From the IMG/VR virus record IMGVR_UViG_3300034062_004313, positions 1-64,000 of that record: a stretch of DNA of 64,000 bases. One strand, 5' to 3'. A program made the translations under genes and the position numbers. Each line of letters opens with the position of its first letter. Positions within the stretch are counted from its first letter, which is position 1. The notes beneath the pieces are model-generated. The model saw only the letters and a program-made list of their open reading frames with translations, did not search any database and was not told the origin of the DNA. Of the stretch, positions 8,257 through 18,258 are shown piece by piece. The DNA is from a virus.

Positions 8257-10773
8257 TTAACATTTTGAATTTCCGCATGATTTACATTTGAGACAACCTT
8301 CTTGAAATATTAATTCTCCACCGCAATCATCACATGATGCCCTTTCTATAAGTTCTTCTTCTAAACAATATTTCTTTAACACTCTACTGATTGCTTTTCC
8401 AAAACTTACGACTTCAAGTTCACATTTATCAATCTGCTCCATTATAAATTGAGGTTTAGCACCATGTCTTAACATACCACTAACTAACCTAGTTAATACT
8501 TGTTCATCCTTCCTTAATGCCGCAATTTGAAGATTTTTTAATGTCCCATCATCACAAACAAAGTTATAAACTCCTTTCTTTAATTTTACTACTTTACCAC
8601 TACATCCATTCTTCACATCATCAGGTAATTCAAAAGCAAATAATTCATAAGGATTATCATTAAACTTACCTATAATAACTCCATATTTAATACCTTTAAC
8701 AGAAAGAATGTGTAACTCTGCTGGTAACTCTTTTGGTCTCTTAGTAGCACTTGAATATTTAAAATCATCTGTTTTCTTTTCATGTACTAATACTCCACCC
8801 TTGCTACCATCTCTATAACAAGTAATACCCTTCAATCCTTTCTCCCAAGCATACATATAAATATCGGAAATAACTTCTTCTTTAACATCTTTAGGAAGAT
8901 TAATAGTAGAGCTAATAGCAGATGTAGTATACTTTTGTAAAACAGCTTGCATTTCAACACGTTTTTTCCAATCAATATCATTTGCTGTAGAACCAAACCA
9001 AGGAGATTCTTTATAATAATTATCAAGTTCATTCTTAGATAAACTATCAAAATCAGTTATACTATATTTTATAGAAAGATAATCCTTAAATGCTCCCATT
9101 ATAATAGGGAATGTTTTCCATCTTATACCAACTTCATCAATATAATCATAGGGTTCTCCATCATTCTCTGCTTTTTTATTTCTAAAGAAATATAAATAGA
9201 ATTGTGGTTCACAACCAGATGACACATTAAAATAATTGATAGCCTTAGTAGTAATTGATTTAGTTCCAACAGGTGCTATAGTAGACCAGTTTACGAACCT
9301 TCTACCATATTTTTGCATCCTTTTCCATTGTTCAGGAAATTCTTGTTCTACAAATGTATACCAATCATTACCATTTTTCTCTAATTCAGCACTCCATCCT
9401 TCAAATGTTCCATATTTTATAGCAAGGTCAATAGAAGCTTCAAGTTCAGTTTCAAACTTAACTCTCATAACTTGTTCTACAACTTGTAATGCTTCATCAG
9501 AATCATATTTAAGATTTAATGCAGCCAACATATCAGCAAGTCCTGTTATTCCACCACCAACTCTACGACCAGATTTAGCCATATCACTAACATTAGTCCA
9601 TAATTCTAATTCTATAGCTTTAGTAGAATCATCTTCAGGGTCAGATTTAATCTTGTTAATAATCTTATCTATATATTCAATTTCTAAATCAATAAGGTCA
9701 TCCCCTATTTCCATCTGAATATAAGAATAATATTTTAACTTATCCCAATCAATACTTGCTTCTGATGTAAAAGGATTTTTTACAATACCTAATAACATTT
9801 GTGTCAATAACCTACAAGTATCATTTACAGCCATAGGTTGTTCACCACATGCATTAGTTCCATCTATACTAAATTTCTTATAAACACTAGCAGGGTCATA
9901 GTTCATAACTCTTTCCCAAAATTGTAAACCGGGACAACCATCAGACCATACTGTATGAATACTACTATTCCATAGTTCTTTAGCTCTTATCTTTTTATAA
10001 TATGAATTCTTAACAAATCCATTATATAATTTATCATATTTTATTAATCCATTTTTTATAATTTCTTCATATGAAGAATCATATCCTAATAAATCTTCTT
10101 CAGAAATATCACATGGAAATCTAAGAATATAATCTTCATCATTTTTAACAGCTAATAAGAAGTCACCCCACATTTTGAATGATATATTAGCTCCTGTTAA
10201 CTTTGTTTTATCAAGTTTAACTGTAGCAAATTCTGGTGATTCTGGATGTCTAATATCTAAATCTTCTAAACATGCTCCCCTTCTACCTTCTTGTCCTACT
10301 TCTTTAGTAGAATTTGAATATCTCTCTCCGAATGGTAATATTCCTGTAGATGTTTTAGATGAGTTAGAAGTTTTTGCTCCTTTTGGTCTCAACTTAGATA
10401 ACCCTACACCATATCCACAACCCCTCTTAGCTGCTGATACAAGCATAGTATCAGTCTTCATGATAGAAGAATAACTGTCATCTGGTGGTGGCAACCTAAG
10501 ACAGTTACTAAGGCTTCTATATGAACCTTCTACACCTAATCCTGCTGCTACTCTTCCTTGAGGAATATTATCTTGATTTTCAAATACATTAAAGAAATAT
10601 TCCACCCATTCTTCTAATGTTTTATCTTGGTCTTTTTTAAATCTAACTCTAGCAAATTCTTTTGCCATTCTTAAATGCATATCAGAAGGTGTTTGTTCTC
10701 CTTCTTGTGCATACTTATTTTTCCACACTTCTGCTGCAAAATCATCACCTTTAAAATACTCTAATGTTGTCAT
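8257..10773 (-). CDS. nrdJ: Class II (adenosylcobalamin-dependent) ribonucleotide reductase
   Basis: SLSNC, TNACGEQP (thiyl Cys), TIAPVGT, AISSTINLP, KGITCYRDGS, C-terminal CxxC...CxxCGxSKC; no beta subunit gene nearby. Confidence 0.92.
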   Translation of the reverse strand: MTTLEYFKGDDFAAEVWKNKYAQEGEQTPSDMHLRMAKEFARVRFKKDQDKTLEEWVEYFFNVFENQDNIPQGRVAAGLGVEGSYRSLSNCLRLPPPDDSYSSIMKTDTMLVSAAKRGCGYGVGLSKLRPKGAKTSNSSKTSTGILPFGERYSNSTKEVGQEGRRGACLEDLDIRHPESPEFATVKLDKTKLTGANISFKMWGDFLLAVKNDEDYILRFPCDISEEDLLGYDSSYEEIIKNGLIKYDKLYNGFVKNSYYKKIRAKELWNSSIHTVWSDGCPGLQFWERVMNYDPASVYKKFSIDGTNACGEQPMAVNDTCRLLTQMLLGIVKNPFTSEASIDWDKLKYYSYIQMEIGDDLIDLEIEYIDKIINKIKSDPEDDSTKAIELELWTNVSDMAKSGRRVGGGITGLADMLAALNLKYDSDEALQVVEQVMRVKFETELEASIDLAIKYGTFEGWSAELEKNGNDWYTFVEQEFPEQWKRMQKYGRRFVNWSTIAPVGTKSITTKAINYFNVSSGCEPQFYLYFFRNKKAENDGEPYDYIDEVGIRWKTFPIIMGAFKDYLSIKYSITDFDSLSKNELDNYYKESPWFGSTANDIDWKKRVEMQAVLQKYTTSAISSTINLPKDVKEEVISDIYMYAWEKGLKGITCYRDGSKGGVLVHEKKTDDFKYSSATKRPKELPAELHILSVKGIKYGVIIGKFNDNPYELFAFELPDDVKNGCSGKVVKLKKGVYNFVCDDGTLKNLQIAALRKDEQVLTRLVSGMLRHGAKPQFIMEQIDKCELEVVSFGKAISRVLKKYCLEEELIERASCDDCGGELIFQEGCLKCKSCGNSKC

Positions 10774-10784
10774 ATATTCTTAAT

Positions 10785-10814
10785 TAAAAAGAAGGGAGAC
10801 GTTTCCCTTCTTTT
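10785..10814 (-). terminator. Terminator-like hairpin in the nrdJ leader
   Basis: AAAAGAAGGGA/TCCCTTCTTTT stem plus U tract. Confidence 0.55.
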
Positions 10815-10820
10815 GGAGTA

Positions 10821-10851
10821 ACAATATAAATCATTTTTTATGACTTACAAA
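10821..10851 (-). promoter_or_regulatory. Putative promoter, TTTG-N19-TATATTGT
   Basis: Same motif precedes both intron endonuclease genes. Confidence 0.55.
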
Positions 10852-11057
10852 GTTATTTTCAATAATTTTCTTTATTAATTTGTTGGTTCTTTTCTTCTTC
10901 ACACATTAACCAAATCTTAACTTCTAATTCTTCTAATGCTTCTAAAGCATCTTCTAATTTGACCAAAGGATGCATATTAGCACCCTTAGCCATTATTAGT
11001 TCTTTACTCTTTAATTTCTGTATTATTTCTTCTACTGGATTCATTTTACAAATAAAT

Positions 11058-11082
11058 AAAAAAGGGAGAATAATTTCTCCCT
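11058..11082 (-). terminator. Intrinsic terminator
   Basis: AGGGAGAA/TTCTCCCT stem followed by T6 on the minus strand. Confidence 0.65.
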
Positions 11083-11145
11083 ACATTGGTTTTATATAAA
11101 ATTGGTTTTTGCTTTCTTTGGTCTCTACACTTATAATATTGCAAA

Positions 11146-11799
11146 TTACGTGCCAATAAAATTTAGTGTCAATTTGTCATAGTTTGTGACACAATTATCT
11201 GTTATTACACAATCTAAGTGTTCTTTTTCCATACTATACTTACCCCAAAGCTCACCACATCCATAACTATATCTTTTTAAATATTCCATTCCTGAATAAA
11301 AGTCTTTTTCTGCATACAACTCTTTTGCTACATATTCATAATAATATTCTGGATATAATATAACATGATGTGGAGCTTGTGGAATATTATTTGGTGTTAA
11401 ACCATATGCCGTTTTAGTATCTGGAGTTTTATAATATTTAAGAATTATACTCTTATCACTCTCTGGAAATTTACTATAACACCCTTTCATAAACATGTCC
11501 ACTGTTTTTCTCCTATCAAAAAAGTTAAAAATATAAAGTTCTCCTTTATCAGTGTGATAACAATTACTCAAATTTTTATTTTGCATCACTTCCTTTTCTA
11601 TAAATAATTTATACTCCTTACTATCAAAATCACAATGATATAATAAAAGAAATAAATAATCATCTATAGATTCATTTGTGCAATTTGAATAAAGAAATGT
11701 GCTATAATCTGTAATCTTTATGTTTTTATTCTCCTTTATTTCCAATAAAGGAAATAATAGATTTTTACTCTTGTAGTTATTCTTTATTATATATGACAT
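11146..11799 (-). CDS. Conserved hypothetical protein of the replication module
   Basis: 217 aa ORF with KSxxxLFPLL start motif recalled from crAss-like phage proteins. Confidence 0.6.
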   Translation of the reverse strand: MSYIIKNNYKSKNLLFPLLEIKENKNIKITDYSTFLYSNCTNESIDDYLFLLLYHCDFDSKEYKLFIEKEVMQNKNLSNCYHTDKGELYIFNFFDRRKTVDMFMKGCYSKFPESDKSIILKYYKTPDTKTAYGLTPNNIPQAPHHVILYPEYYYEYVAKELYAEKDFYSGMEYLKRYSYGCGELWGKYSMEKEHLDCVITDNCVTNYDKLTLNFIGT

Positions 11800-12142
11800 T
11801 GTCCTCCAACTTTAATTTACTCATTATCCTATCTACAAAGGTAGAGCTTTCCCTTGTTAACATTTCCTTATTTTCCATTGCCCAATCTATATGTTTTTGT
11901 TGTTCTTCATTTGGAAATCCATTTCCTTTATTTGTATGACAATCAAGTGTGTAATATTTTATATTTTGTACACTATACTTACATTCTGGATAAGGACTTT
12001 TCTCTAATGTGTGGTCCATACATGCTTTATTAATTTCTCTCGGAAGAAATTTACCACAACCACATTCACATTTAAGCTTTCTTAATCTCCAAGCATAAGT
12101 AAAGAATATGTTCATTAACATACTATCTAAATCAGACTTCAT
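11777..12142 (-). CDS. HNH-like (NinG/Ref-like) Zn-binding endonuclease
   Basis: CECGCG...DHxLEKSxYP...NI...DCH. Confidence 0.55.
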   Translation of the reverse strand: MKSDLDSMLMNIFFTYAWRLRKLKCECGCGKFLPREINKACMDHTLEKSPYPECKYSVQNIKYYTLDCHTNKGNGFPNEEQQKHIDWAMENKEMLTRESSTFVDRIMSKLKLEDNVIYNKE

Positions 12143-12382
12143 TTATTCTTCTATTTCATTTATAATTTCTAATGTTTCTCCTTTTTTACCAGCATTATAA
12201 GCCATTACTAACATAGTATCAATCCATAATGCATCTGATAAATCTCTTGCTAAACAATTATCCTCTGGTTCTCCATGACCAAAAGAGACACTTTTACTAC
12301 CTTCAAATGTTTCAAGCTCTATTTCTATAGAACCTTCATACATAAAATCTCCATTCTCATACTTAGTTTTTATTATTTTCAT
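12143..12382 (-). CDS. Hypothetical protein
   Basis: 79 aa ORF; ATGA overlap with the stop of exon 2. Confidence 0.65.
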   Translation of the reverse strand: MKIIKTKYENGDFMYEGSIEIELETFEGSKSVSFGHGEPEDNCLARDLSDALWIDTMLVMAYNAGKKGETLEIINEIEE

Positions 12383-14203
12383 ATTAAATCTTTTAGTGAA
12401 TAAATTCTACGATACCCTACTTCATAACGTTGATTATGTGGAGCATCAAATAAAAATGTACATATTCCTGCATTATTAAGTTCTACAAAGTTTTCATATC
12501 TCTATGTGTTACCACAAAGGTTTTTTATCCTTTGTTTCTACAGTTTTATATATAGCTGTAGTCCAGACTATCTCTTCGTCCTATTTTTAGGCGTTCCCCC
12601 GCTTTCTTGGTAGATTTTATTGTCCGTTCTGGACTCACTACTAGTCGTTAGGCATTTATGAATATTCCTATTCAATTTAGCACGGGATTGTCCTTTTCAC
12701 TAAGGAGTTTCCCCGTTTAACGGAGTTTAACGATGACAGATTGTGTAATTTATATGTCATACATTTTGGAAAAAATTCTTTTATTAATTTGGTAAAAATT
12801 TTTTTACTTCTAGCTGCAATTAGTATTTCATTTTCAGAGTTAAAACTACATTCAATATTAAATGTTAATAACCAGTTTTTTAAAACTATTAAATCTTTTA
12901 TGTCAAAACAATTAGTAGAAATTTTATAAGAATATTGAGTTTTAGAACCATCATCCATAAACCAAATAGCTAAAGCTAAAGGAGATAATTTATCTAAGTA
13001 TTCTTTTGATACTACTTTTTTATTATTAACATAAAATTTATTTACAATATCGTTTAGCACTGGATTAGTTCCAATTTTACAAAAATATTGTTGATAAAAT
13101 CTGTTACTTCTTTTATCAATTTTATTATGTATTGTAGGTTTAGAACATAATCTTTTTAATAAATTATATTTATAATCTACATATTCTGAATGTTCTAATT
13201 TATGTGTAAAAGAACCACAAGCATTTTTACCTTTTTTAGTATAACCTAACCAGCTATCACCAAGTAAACCCCCAATTAAAACATCTAACTCAGTTTGAGT
13301 TAAAGTTAATTTAGAAGGTCTGTATTTAATATAAATATCGTCAGGTAGTTCAATTTTTCTTATTGTTCTTTGAATAACTTGTGTATTTACATTAAATATT
13401 TTAGCAATATCTGAAGAAGATTTACCTTCTCTTAATAATTCTATTATTTTTTCTTTATCGTATTTCATATAGATATGTTTGTAGTACAATATACTACAAA
13501 AATATCAAATTATCAAATTTATTTTATCATCTACAAACCATTCTATACCACTTTGTTTAGCAACTTCCACCTTTGATTCTCCAAATCCTACACAATACAC
13601 AGGCATAGTAGGAAAACCATTTTTATCTAACCACTCTTTTGTCCATTCTATAGGAATACTTCTTGAAGTTATATAACAGTGAGGTTCGAAGTTTATATCA
13701 GAAGGTTTAGTTTTAACAGGAATACTTAACCAAAACTCTTTATCATCTTTCAATAAATCAAATTTAGATTTAATATCTCTATCAAAATTCCAAGTTTCAG
13801 GAACTTCCAATCTATGATGTTTAGTCCAATGTCCTACCCAATCTGCCAATACTTCATCAATATCTAATCCTATCTTAGGTCTATTTAGATAATTATGTGG
13901 TCTATCATCTCCTTGTGGATATAATTTATAATAAGCTGTAAGAAAGTGTACATTGCAAGCTAAATGAGCAGCATGAAGTTCTCCTGTTTCTTTATCATAA
14001 TCTTCTCCATTTTCAATAGCAGCCAAATGTCTCTTTAGACTACTTATAATCTTGCTCCATGCCATTCCCTTCTCCCAATTCCTCTCGGAATATTTAATAG
14101 CACCCTTAGTTAATACACTAACCATTTGTTCATGTGCAAATGGATTTACTAAATCGTAGCGTAATTTTCCTTCATTGTAGCGTAATCCTTGTTCTTTACT
14201 CAT
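12379..14203 (-). CDS. Spliced DUF5664 (dATP/dGTP diphosphohydrolase-like) + HAD 5'(3')-nucleotidase fusion, join(13526..14203,12379..12501), 266 aa
   Basis: N-terminal GLRYNEGKLRYDL...GAIKYSERNWEKG...ETGELHAAH; HAD motif I LDIDEVL; splicing restores WFVDD|RYENFVELNNAGICTFLFDAPHNQ. Confidence 0.85.
12677..13468 (-). CDS. Intron-encoded LAGLIDADG homing endonuclease with N-terminal HTH
   Basis: LIGGLLGDS and LAIWFMDDG motifs. Likely start is ATG 13468 (the track uses TTG 13489). The 3' end runs into the intron core. Confidence 0.88.
   Translation of the reverse strand: MKYDKEKIIELLREGKSSSDIAKIFNVNTQVIQRTIRKIELPDDIYIKYRPSKLTLTQTELDVLIGGLLGDSWLGYTKKGKNACGSFTHKLEHSEYVDYKYNLLKRLCSKPTIHNKIDKRSNRFYQQYFCKIGTNPVLNDIVNKFYVNNKKVVSKEYLDKLSPLALAIWFMDDGSKTQYSYKISTNCFDIKDLIVLKNWLLTFNIECSFNSENEILIAARSKKIFTKLIKEFFPKCMTYKLHNLSSLNSVKRGNSLVKRTIPC
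13486..13517 (-). promoter_or_regulatory. Intron-internal promoter for the endonuclease gene
   Basis: TTTG-N20-TATATTGT just inside the 5' splice site. Confidence 0.6.
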
Positions 14204-14609
14204 ATTTTTTATATTCTTTTAATTCTAAAATTCTTTCTAATTCATCAAAATGAGAATTTTCTTCATCTTCTTCTGGATATTCATCTTGTTCTAAGAATCT
14301 TTCTGATAATATTCCATCTTCATATTTAACTTGTCCGTATAACAACATTCCATTCTCTTCATATTCTAAATGAAATCCTAAATCATATTCTTTTGCTATA
14401 TCTAATATATCTACAATAGCAGGAGACCATCTAGTAGTAAAATAAATATTCTCTCCATCAACTTGAACATCAAAGAAATAATGTTCTTTTGGTTCTCTAT
14501 CTTTAAAAGAAGTTCCTATATCAGAAGTAGACATTCTTTCAAATTCTTTTAAAACTTCTTCAGTATTTTCTCCTGTAAAATACACGTAATTATTACACCA
14601 ATTTACCAT
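14196..14609 (-). CDS. Hypothetical protein, DUF1281/YubB-like ferredoxin fold
   Basis: MxNWCNN start, FTTRWSP and YEENG motifs. Confidence 0.5.
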   Translation of the reverse strand: MVNWCNNYVYFTGENTEEVLKEFERMSTSDIGTSFKDREPKEHYFFDVQVDGENIYFTTRWSPAIVDILDIAKEYDLGFHLEYEENGMLLYGQVKYEDGILSERFLEQDEYPEEDEENSHFDELERILELKEYKKYE

Positions 14610-15970
14610 TATATATAAATTTCATTTAGATATACTCTGTGAATATACACATCTGGATATTTTTCATTCCACCATTCTTCAAACTCTACTAAATTAAAAT
14701 CTGAAAATTCAGATTCTTCCCAATTTCTATAATATTCTGCTAATACATCTTCATCTATTTCTTTTTCACACCAATAGAGTTCTTCAACTCCATCTCCTAA
14801 TATGTTATATAAATTACCATTCATTGTATGTTGTATCATAATAACTCTTTTAATTCTTTTTGAGTTCTTGTTTTTAGAGATTCTTTTACTAAATCAAATA
14901 TAAAATCTTCATATTCATATATATTCTCTCTTAACATTCTTAATACTTTTCCTATTAAAATTTCCTTATTTATTTCTTGTTTGCTCTTTTCTTTCATATT
15001 TCTTTTAAGTGTAGTTATAACACCCTTATCATGTTTTCCATCTCCGTATATTGCCATTATATTTCTTTTAAAGTATCTAAATAAATAATTTCTGAATTTA
15101 TAATAATATATTCTCTTTCTTCTTGCTCTTTATCACTCCATACTTCAATATGTTCTGCAAATTTACCATTAAAAAATAATTCTACATACTCTTCCCCAAT
15201 TTCTTTATATGAAAGATTTGATAAATTTTTATAATCTAAAGTATAATCTTCACTTTGATATTCTACATCTTCATTTAATAATTGTTGAATTTCAATATCT
15301 CCATCTGGCATCATATCTTCTGAAACTTGGTTCCAATTTTCACATAAATCATCAATTTCAGAATTAGACATATCATTTAATGTTTCTCTTGCATCTTCTT
15401 CTGAATCACCTTCAATACTAACTTCTCCTTCATAATAACCTACTAAAGGTTGTGTTACTCTAAATGTATATGTTTTCATATTTCTAATTTAGTTACTTCT
15501 TTTACAATTTTAGGAATAACAACTTCTCCTTTTATTAAAATATATCCTTGCATATAATTCATATTTTGAGTAATATCATATTCAGGAATGAAATCTTCAA
15601 CTGTAATATTTTCTTCTAACATTTCATTTAAAACTTTATTTAAAATTTCTTTATTTTCAAAAGTTGTAAAATATTTATCGCCATCTTCTGTACAGTTTAT
15701 TAAAATATATTTATCCATTTTCATAAATTTTTTGTAATTCTTCTTGAATACCTTTCTCTAAAATAAAACCAATCTTGCTACCTAATATAGTAGAAAGATT
15801 GGTATAAAATCGCACATAATTAAATTTTAACTTAATCTGATAATATTCAAATCCATGAATAGTTACCAATTCTTCAAATACTTCATTCAAGTATTGTTCT
15901 ATTTTATCATTATTAAAAGCTAATCCATAATGACCTTTCCCTAAGAAAGGTTTCCATTTTTCATTAAATG

Positions 15971-16474
15971 TCATAATTCTTCTTTTTGAAATTCTTCTAA
16001 TATTTTTTCCATTTCACAAATTGTTTCCCAATTTTTATTAAATTCTGGATTATATTTTTTAATGCTATTAATTAGCTCTAATTTATAACCATCCTCATAA
16101 TATTTTTCTGTAATAGCATCTTCTAACCAATTACAATCTCCATCAGCATATATTGATAATCTAAGGTCGTAATCATACCATTTAGTTTTATAATCAACAA
16201 ATCTAATACCATGAGTAATCTTATTATGAAGATTATGTATCCATCTATATTTTACTCTAACAATACTATTATCATTACCCAACCAATTAGTTAAACGAAG
16301 AAACCATCTTGGACACCAAAACGGTCTTGCTTTATAATCCATTAATAATACTAATGCTAATGTTTTTTTATAAATATCCCCTTCCTTATTCCAAGGAACT
16401 GCTCCAAGATAAGAAAAAGGATTCTCTGGAAAGAAAACCCTTTTTAAGTTATTTATTAATTTATACATATACAA
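15971..16474 (-). CDS. Hypothetical protein
   Basis: 167 aa ORF in a coupled array. Confidence 0.6.
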   Translation of the reverse strand: MYMYKLINNLKRVFFPENPFSYLGAVPWNKEGDIYKKTLALVLLMDYKARPFWCPRWFLRLTNWLGNDNSIVRVKYRWIHNLHNKITHGIRFVDYKTKWYDYDLRLSIYADGDCNWLEDAITEKYYEDGYKLELINSIKKYNPEFNKNWETICEMEKILEEFQKEEL

Positions 16475-16702
16475 TTTACATCATGTTGTGAAATATCTCT
16501 TTCGTTATCATTTGGATTAGTATCATCAAAAAATCCTACTACTTCCAATTGCCATTGTTTAACATCATGTACTTGAGTAGGACATACGTTTGAATAAACC
16601 TTTTGGTAACAATTTCCTTCATCATCGTTACTATATATTATTGGTAAATCCATCCATTCAGGATAAGTTTCTTCTATTTCTAAAATTTCATTTTTTAAAT
16701 CT

Positions 16703-17095
16703 CTAAGTGTTCTCATTTCTATATTCTTTTTCACGTTCAAAAATATTTTTCCATTTATCCGCATTTTGGTACTTCTCAGTTCTATCTTCCCAATATTTTA
16801 TAAGAGCATCTAAATGACCATCATCAATTTCTTTTAATAATACCCATATGGTTTTAGGAAGAATTTCTCCATCTTTATTTCTATTTTTGCCCCATTTTAC
16901 AACGACTCTTTGTTTTTCAATGTCATCTGTATCTTCTAAAGACATATCTGTATAATTTTCTCCTATTCTACGAAGATAGGAAACTCCTCCATCAACTCCA
17001 CATTTCCCACATTTACACATATTGAAATCATGTCTATGAATTGACTGAATTATATCATTACAATTGTTACATTTTATTATATTTGCTGTTATCAT
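16703..17095 (-). CDS. Conserved Cys/His-rich phage protein
   Basis: CxxC...SxHRHDF..CxCG..GVDGG.SYLRR motif. Confidence 0.65.
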   Translation of the reverse strand: MITANIIKCNNCNDIIQSIHRHDFNMCKCGKCGVDGGVSYLRRIGENYTDMSLEDTDDIEKQRVVVKWGKNRNKDGEILPKTIWVLLKEIDDGHLDALIKYWEDRTEKYQNADKWKNIFEREKEYRNENT

Positions 17096-18036
17096 AAATC
17101 TTTTATGTTTATTTTAAAGAAACATTCTTGCATTCCATCAAATTTAATTTTAGGAATGTATTTATTTTCTTTATTTATTTTCTTTAATTTTTGCTCTAAT
17201 TTAAAAATATAATCAGGTTCATTTTTAATTTCTTTTAAAATTTCATAATTATAAGGAATACTATGTGCTCTTTTATCTGTTTTTAAAAAAGTTCTACCAA
17301 TTTTATAAAATTCTTCATTTTCATTCCAGCATTTGATAATATAAACTTTAAAAGAATCAAAATTTTTACTTTTCTTACCAGCATTTTCCCAATTTGTTAA
17401 ACTCCAACCAACTGGATTCTCTGAATTAATTTGTTTTAATTTTTCAAATCCACATTTAGGACATCCTCCTCCTACTAAATGTAAATTAGTAGTTTGTTTA
17501 AACTCTCCATGAATAGGACAAATTATCGAAATCTTTATTTCTTGATTTTTATAATTTAATTTACTATAATTATATGTATCACCATGAATTTCTTTTGCTT
17601 GATTTATGAAGTATTTATTTTTATCTAATGCAGTTTGTATAGATGGTATAACTTTATTTAATAAATGGTATTTTTTAATTTTACATAAACCATATTTAGT
17701 TTTTACTATTATATATTCTTTTTCTCTTTTTTCGGTTAATATATTTTCATTTGCTATTTCATAATAATTTTTATAATCTGGAAAAACTTTAAATAATTCT
17801 TTTTCAAAAAGAGATAATTTATTTAAACATGAAAAAGGACTAACTTTTCCATACTTTAATAAATTTGCTTTAAGCACTTCATACAAATTATCATTTTCAT
17901 CTTTTACAATTATAAATGATTTAGAATTTTGACTATTTACTTTATTAGAAATTTTTATTATTTCTAAATTGGATTTAGGAAAATTTTTATAAAATCTAAT
18001 TTTAAATTCTTCCAAAGTTAACTCATTGTATCTCAT
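17092..18036 (-). CDS. Free-standing homing-endonuclease-like protein (DUF723-type Zn ribbon + GIY-YIG-like C-terminus)
   Basis: HGDTYNYS...ICPIHGEF...HL.GGGCPKC; C-terminal VYIIKC...FYKIGRT...E...FDGMQECF; Lys/Asn-rich. Confidence 0.7.
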   Translation of the reverse strand: MRYNELTLEEFKIRFYKNFPKSNLEIIKISNKVNSQNSKSFIIVKDENDNLYEVLKANLLKYGKVSPFSCLNKLSLFEKELFKVFPDYKNYYEIANENILTEKREKEYIIVKTKYGLCKIKKYHLLNKVIPSIQTALDKNKYFINQAKEIHGDTYNYSKLNYKNQEIKISIICPIHGEFKQTTNLHLVGGGCPKCGFEKLKQINSENPVGWSLTNWENAGKKSKNFDSFKVYIIKCWNENEEFYKIGRTFLKTDKRAHSIPYNYEILKEIKNEPDYIFKLEQKLKKINKENKYIPKIKFDGMQECFFKINIKDL

Positions 18037-18044
18037 AAATAAAA

Positions 18045-18140
18045 AATCTTCAAATTAAAACACGTAGTACCAGTACGTGAATTTAAAATGAAGATTAATA
18101 AGTTTAATATTAGTAAACTGGTACTTTACAGTACTAATAT
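18045..18140 (-). ncRNA. Structured leader RNA (hairpin plus pseudoknot or kissing loop) upstream of the endonuclease
   Basis: Stems 18045-52/18089-96, 18061-66/18074-79 and 18107-15/18132-40; 18066-74 is the exact reverse complement of 18117-25. Confidence 0.55.
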
Positions 18141-18165
18141 ACAACATTATAAGATATTAACCAAA
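18134..18165 (-). promoter_or_regulatory. Putative promoter, TTTG-N20-TATATTAG
   Basis: Same spacing and motif class as the intron endonuclease promoters. Confidence 0.55.
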
Positions 18166-18177
18166 TTTATTTTTTTA

Positions 18178-18222
18178 TTATACATGTCCGTCAGGACAAA
18201 TCATTTTATTTACTACTATCAT
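18178..18222 (-). pseudogene. 14-codon 5' remnant (MIVVNKMICPDGHV*) resembling the start of ORF 16703..17095
   Basis: Codon-level similarity to MITANIIKC; stops where the endonuclease cassette begins. Confidence 0.45.
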
Positions 18223-18258
18223 GATTCATATAATTTTCAATCTCTTTTAATAATTTAT

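Larger units (their letters stand above)
12502..13525 (-). ncRNA. Group I self-splicing intron 1 (1024 nt) with homing endonuclease gene in L1
   Basis: 5' exon ends in U and intron ends in G. Core elements P AAACGGGGAAAC, Q AAUCCCGUG, R CUAACGACUA, S AAGAGAUAGUCU. IGS AUCU-GUCAUC (12741-12732) pairs with 5' exon GAUGAU (U.G wobble) and 3' exon AGAU. Confidence 0.92.

Noticed and set aside
6954-10474. Plus-strand ORFs opposite recA and nrdJ, and similar ones elsewhere
   Set aside because: Antisense shadows of well-supported genes, with no motifs or expression signals
13505-14203. Truncated or pseudogenised HAD protein
   Set aside because: The missing C-terminus is present as exon 2 at 12379-12501
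12379-14203. Z-genome (2-aminoadenine) pathway inferred from DUF5664
   Set aside because: No PurZ or HD-type dATPase in the window; the domain alone is insufficient evidence
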